The notes under the pieces: model-generated
The model's database searches: none
What the model saw: only the letters and a program-made list of their open reading frames with translations
What the model was told of the DNA's origin: nothing
Translations under genes and position numbers: made by a program
Part shown: one piece after another, positions 28,436-37,739 of the stretch
Position numbering within the stretch: position 1 is the stretch's first letter
Layout: each line of letters begins with the position of its first letter
Assembly (NCBI GenBank): GCA_963664705.1
Contig: OY761556.1
Location: forward strand, 2,912,001-2,976,000
Length of the DNA: 64,000 nt
Source of the DNA: Acidobacteriota bacterium
Lineage (GTDB): Bacteria > Acidobacteriota > UBA6911
Direction: 5' to 3'

Positions 28436-28464
28436 CCCTAAGAAACGGCATTCGGAGAAACTAC
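28436..28464 (-). repeat. Palindromic boundary site, CGT class (last one before the tRNA)
   Basis: Plus strand CCCTAAGAA-ACGGCAT-TCGGAGAAACTAC (spacer 28445-28451). Confidence 0.65.
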
Positions 28465-29014
28465 TCTTGCCATCCAAAATCGCAATAAGGAGAGTCTTTT
28501 CTTTTGTGTGTGAATAGGAATTTGCACTTTGTTCTATTCAAACGAATCCGACTGATTGTTCATTTCTTTCACATTGTTTCACTGTTATTCAAATTACCTT
28601 GAATATGGCCCCTTCGACAGGCTCATGAATCGCCATCCACAAAAATTCATCAATACGCCACGGACAAAAAATACCTCTGAACTTGCCAGGTAGATGAAAG
28701 CAAGGGAGGTAGAGCAATAATGAATGTTGCCCACAGGTGATTGCTCTAAAGAGAACCACTTCCCTGCCCTGGCCGGAAATAGCAACCGACGCGTTCTATG
28801 GATTGCCTGGAAACCGGAAAACTGGAAAGGGCCCTGGCTTTCGGGATTAGCGCTGGTGAGATCGGCCGGGATCCGGAAGCAAACAGAATGTGGGAGGAAG
28901 TTTATGCCTCTCGCTGAGGGATGGCCTCTCCCTCCCTGCCCCCAAGGAGGATTTGAGCAATGAAAGGTCAGAGGGGTTCCAAGCTAAAGGCAAGCAAAAT
29001 AATCACTTGTAGAG

Positions 29015-29088
29015 TGCGCCTGGGGTGACTCGAACACCCGGCCCACGGTTTAGGAAACCGTTGCTCTATCCACCTGAGCTACAGGCGC
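29015..29088 (-). tRNA. tRNA-Arg(CCT), CCA not encoded
   Basis: GCGCCTG acceptor stem, TAGCTCAGGTGGATAGAGC D arm, ACGGT-TTCCTAA-ACCGT anticodon arm, GTTCGAG T loop. Confidence 0.97.
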
Positions 29089-29432
29089 ATATGGGGTAAG
29101 ATGCTTTTCTGCTCCTACGTCCTGACTCTCCGCTAACCGCCTCAGATCGGCAACTGCGGTTAAAGGCGCAGAGAGTGTACCACAGCATCCTTTGATAGTT
29201 GAAGCTGTCTTCTTCAAACGGCCCTATGAATTGCGCCTGCCTCCAGGGAACCGAGGGCAGGCAGGTTCCGTATTCTATTTATGGATACTGAAACGACTCC
29301 AAGACTGGATGGAGCGGATTAAACCTCTTGAGCGAGCTACTCCAATGATCTCTGCTTTGCTGGAACTGCTGATCGAAATTATTTTTGCGCTTGCAGAAAT
29401 GTTTCTGAGCGGAGAGAAGCGCGTCGCAGTCC

Positions 29433-29861
29433 CTATGTGATAACCAGACTCCGGGCAGGTGCCGCCACGGACCGCACTCCGAGCCACTCCAATGCGGCCT
29501 CCGGATCATCATTGAATATCTTTGAATGAACCCCTCGCCTTTGCGCAATACTCTCCGCAAACCTATCCGGATCAAAATGGGCAGACCGGATAACAAAGAC
29601 CAATCTGAGATCGGGGCTCAACTTGCCCTCGGCCGTTGCTTCTCTTATGGCCTTTGCGGAAGAGTCAATATGCTCATAACGGTCGATCACACTCATCTTC
29701 CACACGGATTCCCGGGCATCGATGAATACCTTCTCCGTTTTGTTCCGGATAGCATGGTTGATCACCTCGCCGGCAAGCCAGTTCGCCGCCGTTAGAGTCA
29801 ACTCACCCTTCAGGGTCAAGTGCAGATACTCCGGTTCATTCTTAAGGGTGTATTCCATCAT
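29433..29861 (-). CDS. Hypothetical STAS/SpoIIAA-like protein
   Basis: KVFIDAR and C-terminal F...EAALEWL motif. Confidence 0.65.
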   Translation of the reverse strand: MMEYTLKNEPEYLHLTLKGELTLTAANWLAGEVINHAIRNKTEKVFIDARESVWKMSVIDRYEHIDSSAKAIREATAEGKLSPDLRLVFVIRSAHFDPDRFAESIAQRRGVHSKIFNDDPEAALEWLGVRSVAAPARSLVIT

Positions 29862-30330
29862 CGGCTCCGAGTATTGCAAATTTCCGCAAGACAGACTTTT
29901 CCACGCGCTTCAAACACAAGAACGCAAAAGAAAGGTAATCGCCTACCGGAATTTTTCCGGAGCCGATCATGCCGAGCAGAAGCCACCCGGAATGAAATCG
30001 GGACCCACCGGGAGCGCTGCTGTCCCAGCGGCAACGGCTGTGGTGGAGGCAGATTTGCTCTTGCCGGCGAGACGCTGAGGCTCTCAGCGATAAACACACC
30101 CAGGAATATTAAAATTTTTTGATCTTTTTCTGACTGGCCGACATCCAATAACTATGGTGATGCGGAGGGTACTATGATGATTTCACCAGATATCAGACAC
30201 ATGCTCGGTGTGGTTCCTGCCTATGTCCTCATGATCCTGCTCTCTCCCATTTTTCTTGTGCTTGCCCTGCTCTACATGGTCATCCACTCGGAGCGGGCTT
30301 GCGAAACGGAGGAAGAATCGCCGCTTCCCG

Positions 30331-31728
30331 CTATCGGGAATATAGGTCCAGGACTCGCTCAATAGCCGCTCGACAGACCTGACAGAAGTAATCCGTTCTG
30401 GTAAACATGATGCAATTTACCTGTGGGCGGTAATATCCCTTGGCCTCGTAGTTGGCCCCTTCAAAAGCGCCGACTTTCCCGGCATACTTCTCTTCCGCAA
30501 ACGTCTTCTCCTCCCGGCTCTTCTGTTCCGAAAAGAGAGCATCAATTTCGGCTTCCGGCCGGTTCTGCTTTCTGAGCTGCTGCCTCTTGCCCTGCATATC
30601 CCGGGCATAGGCCTCAAAGGACTCCTTATTCCATGGCGTCGGAATCGGCGTGCCGGGAGAGGCCAGGTTCGCCCATTTCAGCGGCGAGCCGGGCAGTAAT
30701 GCCGTCGCATTCGGCTCCCAGGGTTCCACCTTTTCTGCCGGCGAATTGTAGGCGACATCGGAGGTGTAATACTCATCCGCAAGACCGGCCAGATGATGCC
30801 CAAACTCATGAACAAAAATGTAGGGAGCCCACAGGCTATCGGCCGCCACCGTTCCATAGAGGTTGAAGATGCCGCCGCCACCATAGGTATTGTTGTTCAC
30901 CAGTATTTCCACCAGTTCGTAGGGCGCCCAGGCTGCCGCATTTCTGAACGCTTTATTGTCAAATGTCAGAACGTACCTTTCGGACCCGAACGCGTCATAG
31001 GCGGATCCAAGTGCCGTCCGATGATGAATCCCCGCGGAAGGCCTGGAAATACCGGACTCGGGCGAGGCCGGGCAGATGCCCCAGACATTAAAATCGCTCC
31101 GGCGCGATTTGAATGGCTCCGTCTGGAAAAGGATCTCGATCATTCGACGCGCGTCCTTCTCAAACTTCCCCATTTCGCTCGCGGTATAGCCGTCTCCAAG
31201 AATCAGGAAATCCAGTTTTCGGGAGGGATCACCGTGCTTCTCAATTTCGAGGACAGGCAGGACAGGCAGTGGCCGGGCGGTGCTGATGCGCGTATCTTTT
31301 GGGTCGAGCGTAAATGTCCAGATTTCGCGGAAGGCATTCATGGAATCCCGCTTCTTTAAGACAACCTGGATTGGTTGGGACGGAGCTGGGAAACGCAGCG
31401 ACTCGCTGAACGTCCGGCTCATTGTTTTGGCTTCGTCCGTGGTCTCCCATTCCCCATATACCGATGCAAATCCACGCGAATATAGGATCCGATTCGTCGC
31501 CCGGTCCCGGACTTCGAACAGATACTTCCCAAGGTTTGTTTCGTCAATCGCCCGATCCGGATTTCCGGGCCACGGCAAAGGCTCCAGCATTACCTCATCC
31601 AGGCCGAAAATCTCGCGGGAGATATCGCCCGTGTGGTAGTAGTCCACGCGCATCGTTTTTGGGATATCCGCTGCCACCGCAATCTCCATCATCAGACTCA
31701 AAAGGAATGAAAGGATTGTTATTTTCAT
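30331..31728 (-). CDS. Secreted M64 family metallopeptidase (IgA peptidase-like)
   Basis: TMRVDYYHTG, LGDGYT, HEFGHHLAGLADEY, CIM..FCQVC. Confidence 0.92.
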   Translation of the reverse strand: MKITILSFLLSLMMEIAVAADIPKTMRVDYYHTGDISREIFGLDEVMLEPLPWPGNPDRAIDETNLGKYLFEVRDRATNRILYSRGFASVYGEWETTDEAKTMSRTFSESLRFPAPSQPIQVVLKKRDSMNAFREIWTFTLDPKDTRISTARPLPVLPVLEIEKHGDPSRKLDFLILGDGYTASEMGKFEKDARRMIEILFQTEPFKSRRSDFNVWGICPASPESGISRPSAGIHHRTALGSAYDAFGSERYVLTFDNKAFRNAAAWAPYELVEILVNNNTYGGGGIFNLYGTVAADSLWAPYIFVHEFGHHLAGLADEYYTSDVAYNSPAEKVEPWEPNATALLPGSPLKWANLASPGTPIPTPWNKESFEAYARDMQGKRQQLRKQNRPEAEIDALFSEQKSREEKTFAEEKYAGKVGAFEGANYEAKGYYRPQVNCIMFTRTDYFCQVCRAAIERVLDLYSR

Positions 31729-31868
31729 GATGTCAGGCCTGCAGAAAAAATGGGGGAAACTGCACGGAGGGATCCCACCAATCCTTCGGGAATCCGCGGC
31801 GGTTTTTGCGGAAGTCCAGCGCTTCCCCGCCGCGAGTTTCGCGAAAGATATGGATGAACGACAAGCTT

Positions 31869-32399
31869 TTAGTATTTCAGCACCGTGTGCAGATCGTACT
31901 TTGCCAGCTTGTCCCTGCCGTGCAGGAATCCGAGTTCCACCACAAAAGCCATACCCACCACAGTGGCGCCCATCGCCTCCACCATCTCGGCGACCGCCTT
32001 GGCGGTTCCGCCCGTAGCAATCAGGTCATCGACAATCAGGACACGCTGTCCGGGCTGAATGGCATCCTGGTGAATCTCCAGGGAATCGGTGCCGTATTCG
32101 AGTTCATAATTGACCTGGAGTTTTGCGGCGGGAAGCTTGCCCGGCTTGCGCACAGGGATGAACCCGGCTTTGAGCGCATAAGCTACAGGCGGGGCAAAGA
32201 TAAAACCACGGGCTTCAACTCCCAGCACCAGATCCACCTGCTTGTCCTGATATGGCTCGAGCAAAGCATTGATGGTCTGCTCAAAACACTTGCCCTGCTT
32301 CAGCAGCGTGGTGACGTCATAAAAGAGTATGCCTTGCTTTGGCCAGTCTGGAATCTCACGAATTGCAGCCTTGAGGTCTTGAACAGTTTGCGCTTCCAT
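31869..32399 (-). CDS. apt: Adenine phosphoribosyltransferase
   Basis: PDWPKQGILFYD, EARGF, RKPGKLP, LEYG, VDDLIATGGT. Confidence 0.97.
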   Translation of the reverse strand: MEAQTVQDLKAAIREIPDWPKQGILFYDVTTLLKQGKCFEQTINALLEPYQDKQVDLVLGVEARGFIFAPPVAYALKAGFIPVRKPGKLPAAKLQVNYELEYGTDSLEIHQDAIQPGQRVLIVDDLIATGGTAKAVAEMVEAMGATVVGMAFVVELGFLHGRDKLAKYDLHTVLKY

Positions 32400-32400
32400 T

Positions 32401-32682
32401 TCACCATCCTTCGATCGAGAAAGTACTGTAGGTATCCTGCACCGGGATATCGACAACATCCATGCGCTCTACTCTGGAAAGGGCCGGCCCTTTTTCAACC
32501 TGCTTGACGAATTCCGCAATTTTCTTTTCACTCCCCTGCACGACAATTTCGACCGTGGAGTCGGGGCAATTCCGCACATCCCCAACCACCCCAATCCGAT
32601 TTCCGACGTGCTGGACAAAATATCGGAATCCAACGCCCTGCACCCTTCCATGGACAATAATGTGCTTCGCCTGCGTTGCCAT
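32401..32682 (-). CDS. acyP: Acylphosphatase
   Basis: VHGRVQGVGFR motif. Confidence 0.96.
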   Translation of the reverse strand: MATQAKHIIVHGRVQGVGFRYFVQHVGNRIGVVGDVRNCPDSTVEIVVQGSEKKIAEFVKQVEKGPALSRVERMDVVDIPVQDTYSTFSIEGW

Positions 32683-32814
32683 GCCTTTAACTTAGCGCAT
32701 CTCGGACGCGTGCGGCAGAAAAAAACAGGAGGGTCGCCTCATTTTCTCAAAAATTGGGGACGTCCCCCGTGTTTTCTGTATTATAACGTTCTTTCACAAC
32801 CGATCGGGGCTGCG

Positions 32815-34446
32815 ATGGAAAATCCAAAGAACATCGGGAAATACGAAATTGAAGAATTCCTGGGCGGTGGCATGTCGCACGTATACAAGGCTCGCGACAC
32901 GTTGATGGGAAGAACTGTTGCCATAAAGGTACTGACGCAAACCGGCGTCATGGAACCGGAAACAAAAGCTCGATTTCTGCGCGAGGCGCAGATGGCCGGC
33001 AGCCTGTCCCACGAAAATATCATGAGCGTGTACGATTTCGGGGAGGATCAAGGCCAGCCCTTCATGGTTATGGAATTCCTGCGCGGAGAGGATCTGCGCA
33101 GCGCGATGAAAAACGGCAACACCGGCGACACGAACCGCCGGCTTGAAATTGCCCTGCAGGTTGCCAAGGCCCTGGAGTATATTCACCAGCAGAAGATCAT
33201 CCACCGCGACATCAAGCCGGAAAACATTCACATCGGGACCTCCGGGAAAGTAAAGCTCATGGACTTTGGCGTAGCCAAAACGGATGAGCTGAACCTCACG
33301 CGCCCGGGATTCACCATGGGAACGCCGTACTACATGGCACCGGAACAGGTGCTTGGAAAAGACGTGACTTCACTCGCGGACATCTATTCGTTCGGGATGC
33401 TTCTTTTTGAACTGCTTACCGGAAGCAAAGCCATCACGGGCGATACAGTGGAGCAGCTCTTCTATAAAATCCTGAATGAACCGGCAGACCTGACAGCCCT
33501 GCAAACGGCCGGAGTTCCGGAATCGATCAATGCGATCATCGCCCGATGTGTAGCCAAGAATCCCGCCGAGCGGCCGAAAAGCATGAGCGAAGTGCAGGCC
33601 TCGATCGAGAAGGCGCTCCGGCCGCAGCCGCAATCCGCGCCCCCGGTTGCCCAGGTTACGCCGGGCAGGAAGTGGATAATCCCCGCCGCCCTCATCGGAG
33701 TAGTGATTCTGGCGGTCATCCTTTATGCACTGATCCCGTCCAGGAATGGCAAGGATGTCGCGCAAAACACGGAAAAGACCTTGCAGAATAAGCCGCAGCC
33801 ACCCGCGACGCTGTCGACCGCCACGAGCGAAATGGTTCTGATTCCGGCCGGAGCCTCCAGGGCTTTCTATATAGATCGAACGGAGGTTTCCAATGAAGCC
33901 TATGGACGCTTCTGTACGGAAAAGGGCCGTCCGTTACCCTCGGGATTTCCCCAATCGCAACCGGAGCTTCCGGTCGTGAATATTACAATTGTGGATGCCC
34001 AGGAATTTGCCAAGTGGGCGCAGAAGCGCCTGCCGAGCAAAATCGAATGGGAAGCGGCCGCGCGCGGCAGCGATCAGAGAACCTACCCATGGGGAAATAC
34101 GCACGATCCTTCGCTTGCGAATGTGTCCGACAACACCGGGCTCAGCACCCATACTCTCATGGCAGCCGACGCATTCAAACAGGGAGCCAGCCCGTACGGC
34201 GTGCAGCAGATGGCGGGAAATGCGTGGGAGTTTGTCGATGAGTTGATTGCACCCAGTCCCGGAGCGTTGCAGGCCTTCGCCAAATTGATGACGCCGCCGC
34301 CGGCCGCGGATGAACCATGGTATACGATACGCGGGGGAGCCTTTGACACGCCCCTGGTTAAAAATGCCGCCTTCGAATGGAGTGCCGTGCCCGCGAGATT
34401 CAGAGCACCGGATATCGGATTCCGCTGTGCCAAAGATATTCCCTAA
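32815..34446 (+). CDS. Hanks-type Ser/Thr kinase with a TM helix and C-terminal FGE-sulfatase domain
   Basis: HRDIKPEN, DFG, YMAPE; RLPSKIEWEAAAR, MAGNAWE, GFRC. Confidence 0.95.
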   Translation: MENPKNIGKYEIEEFLGGGMSHVYKARDTLMGRTVAIKVLTQTGVMEPETKARFLREAQMAGSLSHENIMSVYDFGEDQGQPFMVMEFLRGEDLRSAMKNGNTGDTNRRLEIALQVAKALEYIHQQKIIHRDIKPENIHIGTSGKVKLMDFGVAKTDELNLTRPGFTMGTPYYMAPEQVLGKDVTSLADIYSFGMLLFELLTGSKAITGDTVEQLFYKILNEPADLTALQTAGVPESINAIIARCVAKNPAERPKSMSEVQASIEKALRPQPQSAPPVAQVTPGRKWIIPAALIGVVILAVILYALIPSRNGKDVAQNTEKTLQNKPQPPATLSTATSEMVLIPAGASRAFYIDRTEVSNEAYGRFCTEKGRPLPSGFPQSQPELPVVNITIVDAQEFAKWAQKRLPSKIEWEAAARGSDQRTYPWGNTHDPSLANVSDNTGLSTHTLMAADAFKQGASPYGVQQMAGNAWEFVDELIAPSPGALQAFAKLMTPPPAADEPWYTIRGGAFDTPLVKNAAFEWSAVPARFRAPDIGFRCAKDIP

Positions 34447-34541
34447 CCAATATCTCCGCACCGGATAATGACGCAAGTCACTTGTTGACGCCGGGGTTCC
34501 ACTACCTCCCGGCGTCTCGCCTGACACGATTTACTTCACGG

Positions 34542-34946
34542 GCGTTTTTCTTTCGCCCCTTCAGGGCTCCTATTTATTCGCTATTCTACCAGGGGTTCGC
34601 TCCGCTCACCCCTGGCTACTTGCTTTCGGCCCTGCCGGGCCTGGTGCCGCACTCGCATCACCAGGGCCCAGAACAATTGGTATTGGCATGAACCGTCCCG
34701 GCGGCATCCGTGCCATAGTAGCAAATACGCCCTTGCCGGCGAGACGCCTAATGCCATTTACTATTTTACAGCGCGTTTTTCTTTCGCCTCATCCAGCCCC
34801 GGCAGGGGCGATCAGAAAGTAGCCAGGGGTGAAGCGAAGCGAACCCCTGGTAAAGACAAGCGCGAGAAAGAGCCCTGAAGGGGCGAAAGATCCGGGCCTG
34901 GTGCCTCACTCGCGTCGCAGGGCTCAGAACAAATAGTATTAGTATG
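34542..34946. repeat. REP/BIME-like composite repeat between convergent genes
   Basis: TTTCGCCCCTTCAGGGCT..CCAGGGGTTCGC..CCCCTGGCTACT and an inverted copy, plus a ~55-bp direct repeat. Confidence 0.75.
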
Positions 34947-34979
34947 CAGCACTACTCGGGAGGGCGGCGTTCCCAGGAG

Positions 34980-37049
34980 TTATTTCCTGAGGGCGGCATC
35001 GATGCTGGCAATGTTCTTTCTCGCGTACTCCGCTTCCGCCATATCACTGTTCAGCTTCAGCATTGTCGCGAAATGCTGTCGTGCGGCGGGAAGGGTCTCA
35101 ATCTGGCCCGTTGCCTGCGCCTTTCGGGCATACACAAGTCCGAGAGCGTAATGAACGTACGGGTCTTCGGGATCATAGGACAGCGCACGCTGGCAACTAA
35201 CGATCGCAGCATCGAAGTTGGAAAGCTTGCGTTGGCTGTCGCAAACCCCGAAATGCGCCAGGCTGCGCAGGTCTTTCCAGATGTCCGGTTGAGCGGCACG
35301 CTTCTTCTTGCCAAAACCCGCGAGGAAACCGAGGACATAGTAATTCATCTTCCCCGCAAGCTTGCTGTTGTAATCGCTCAGCCGCAGATACTCATTGTAC
35401 TCGACGATGCTTTTATCATAGGCGCCTGTCAGTCTCAGGCTTTCAGCCAGCCAGAAATGCGGCTCCGGATTCGAAGGATTCAGCTTTATCGCCGTTCCGG
35501 CCGCTTCTATGGATGGGGCATACTGATCCTTGATGCGGAACGCCTGCGCCAGCAGATACTGGGCCATGGAATCCCGGGAGTCTCTCTGGACGACAACGGT
35601 CAACTGCCGTATCGCTTCATCGGTGTTGCCGATATCCAGCAGCATCCCTGCAAAACTGGCGCGCGCCTCCAGGTAATCCGGGTCGATGCTGATCGCTTTC
35701 CGAAAGGCCTGCTCCGCCTTCTGTTCTTCAAATAGAGCATTATAGGTACGACCGAGATAGAGCGCCGCCTGGCTGTAGGCAGGATCGGCTGCCAGCGCCT
35801 TTTCAAAACTCTCCGCGGCCTTTCGGTAGTTGTCCTGATACCCCTTCGTATAAAATTCCATCCCTTTATCGAAGGAATCGACCGCGGATTTGTTGCGCCG
35901 GCGAAGAATCAGAATCTTGATGCTGACCGTCTTTTCCTGCCCGGGGTACACCATTTCATCGCGCGGGCCATCGGGCTCATACCCCATCTTGACCCCTTGA
36001 ATGGTGTGGCTTCCCGGCGTGAGCCCCGGAAGCCGCAGAGGCTGCACCTTGTTGACGATGCCGACCGACTTGCCGTCCAGGAAAACCTCGACGGAATCGG
36101 CATTCGACTCGATGATCAGGGCGCCGAATTTGGGCGGGGGAGCATCGGCCACGGACGCCCTGGTCGGAACATAGGCGAGCAACATGCCCGGATCAAAACT
36201 GCTGCGGTCGGATGTCGGGTTCTGCTTGCTGTCGGTTGCTTCCCGAACATTGCTCCGTACATATTCGCCGAGCTCATCGGCGGTGACGAGACCGTCCCTG
36301 TTGTGATCCGCCTCGCCTTCAAGCCCCCTCACGACATAATAGGTAAAGATGCCGTGACCTCCGCCCCAGTCCGGACTCTCAAACGATCTCTCGCGGTCGC
36401 GGCTCGCTGTCAGGGAAAATACCGATCGCGACAAATCGATCAACGACCGGTTGATTGTCTGGACATCCGCATCAGGCGCAACCGCGCCGCTGTGGCAGGA
36501 ATCGGTCAACAGCACCTTCCACTTTGCTTTGACCTTCCCGAAGACCGATCCGAGCGTTGCCATCGGATATGCGGTTTGCGCAATCCGATTGAGCTCAATG
36601 TCGTAAGGAGCCAGGTATGCCTGCCCCTGCGCCACAAACCCATGGCCGGCGAAATAGACCAGCACACGATCCTCTTCTTTCGCCACGGAAGGCAGCCACT
36701 CTTCCATCTCCTTGCGTATCGAGGCCAGCGTGGCTTTGGCTCCGACCAGGGTATGAACATTCTCCGCCCGGAAATTGCCCCCTTCGGGGCTGATCAGAAC
36801 TGAATACACGGCCTCGGCATCTCTTTCGGAATATTGGAGCTGCTGCTGCGCCGAGAGATTTTTATATTTGGCAATTCCAATCACCAGGGCATAGCTGCGC
36901 GGGATCTGCGGCACGGCGCCGCCCTTATTTTCAACGGCGGACGGCACATCCTTTTCTATTTTGAGATCACGCTCGGATTTCGGTTTCTGTTGAGCGAATG
37001 CCAGAACTGCCATGGAGAAGGCGATAACCAGTCCGATTTTTCGCATCAT
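34980..37049 (-). CDS. Secreted caspase-like (peptidase C14) + PEGA + TPR protein
   Basis: YALVIGI, FAGHG and DSCHSG dyad, PEGA-like VFLDGK, multiple TPRs. Confidence 0.92.
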   Translation of the reverse strand: MMRKIGLVIAFSMAVLAFAQQKPKSERDLKIEKDVPSAVENKGGAVPQIPRSYALVIGIAKYKNLSAQQQLQYSERDAEAVYSVLISPEGGNFRAENVHTLVGAKATLASIRKEMEEWLPSVAKEEDRVLVYFAGHGFVAQGQAYLAPYDIELNRIAQTAYPMATLGSVFGKVKAKWKVLLTDSCHSGAVAPDADVQTINRSLIDLSRSVFSLTASRDRERSFESPDWGGGHGIFTYYVVRGLEGEADHNRDGLVTADELGEYVRSNVREATDSKQNPTSDRSSFDPGMLLAYVPTRASVADAPPPKFGALIIESNADSVEVFLDGKSVGIVNKVQPLRLPGLTPGSHTIQGVKMGYEPDGPRDEMVYPGQEKTVSIKILILRRRNKSAVDSFDKGMEFYTKGYQDNYRKAAESFEKALAADPAYSQAALYLGRTYNALFEEQKAEQAFRKAISIDPDYLEARASFAGMLLDIGNTDEAIRQLTVVVQRDSRDSMAQYLLAQAFRIKDQYAPSIEAAGTAIKLNPSNPEPHFWLAESLRLTGAYDKSIVEYNEYLRLSDYNSKLAGKMNYYVLGFLAGFGKKKRAAQPDIWKDLRSLAHFGVCDSQRKLSNFDAAIVSCQRALSYDPEDPYVHYALGLVYARKAQATGQIETLPAARQHFATMLKLNSDMAEAEYARKNIASIDAALRK

Positions 37050-37053
37050 AGGA

Positions 37054-37737
37054 TCACTTGTGAGCCAGCCGGAACTGGTAGATCACAGGCCCCGTCAGGG
37101 GGACCGGAGAAGAAACCAGGGAGCTGTCTTCCTTACGCATGATGATAAGTTCACGGGATTTTGCCCGCGGTATGCTCTGCAGGTTTTCCGGCAATTCGTC
37201 GGAATCAGGAATGCTTCGCACGCCGGCACTCGAATCAATGCAATCCCCACGGGCGCGCATCATTGTGTCGTCGCAGCGCGGCAGCAGCGTTTTGGGCGGC
37301 ATTTTGGGTTTTGGAAGCGGAGCGATGCTCCCATCGCCAATCCCTAACGGAACAGGACTGACCATCCAGTACACGACATCATGTCCCGGAGGCCCGTCGA
37401 CACGAAATAGAGCGCGGGTTGCAGGAACCTGATAATCCCGGCCGGCAACGATGCCATTTTCCTTGCCGGTCTCCTCCCTTGGGAAGAGCATGGTGTAGCT
37501 GCCGCTGGTTCCGTAATCCATCACATAAAGGTATCCGTTGAAATTCGCCCGGAATCGAAATCGGACATGATCGCCTTTAGAAAAGATGTATCCGGGATCG
37601 GCTGACTTCCAGGAATTTTCTTCCTGCCGTTCCAGGGTGATCTCCATTCTCTGCGACTGTCCGGGCTTTGGCGCATCAGTCTGGGCACACAGTCCGAGTG
37701 AAAACAAAAGTGGAAGAACCGTCAGTATCGGTTTCAT
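37054..37737 (-). CDS. Secreted DUF4384 domain protein
   Basis: FSKGDHVRF..NGYLYV..G.SG.Y..LFP, DGPPG. Confidence 0.85.
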   Translation of the reverse strand: MKPILTVLPLLFSLGLCAQTDAPKPGQSQRMEITLERQEENSWKSADPGYIFSKGDHVRFRFRANFNGYLYVMDYGTSGSYTMLFPREETGKENGIVAGRDYQVPATRALFRVDGPPGHDVVYWMVSPVPLGIGDGSIAPLPKPKMPPKTLLPRCDDTMMRARGDCIDSSAGVRSIPDSDELPENLQSIPRAKSRELIIMRKEDSSLVSSPVPLTGPVIYQFRLAHK

Positions 37738-37739
37738 GT

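Noticed and set aside
5474-28464. Repeat family read as a CRISPR array
   Set aside because: Copies are degenerate, irregularly spaced by whole genes and on both strands; no cas genes are present
5474-28464. Repeat family read as integron attC or Xer dif/pdif sites
   Set aside because: No RYYYAAC...GTTRRRY long hairpins and no IntI in the window; no TTATGTTAAAT-like XerD arm; spacer is 7 nt rather than 6
30174-30365. 63-aa hydrophobic ORF with an RBS-like GGAGG
   Set aside because: Could be real, but it overlaps the 3' end of the M64 gene and has no recognisable motif; not supported enough to list
32608-32814. N-terminal extension of the kinase ORF (similar extensions at 44200, 52552, 38945, 18894, 18286)
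   Set aside because: Extensions overlap other genes, repeats or boundary sites; downstream starts fit domain or signal-peptide boundaries better
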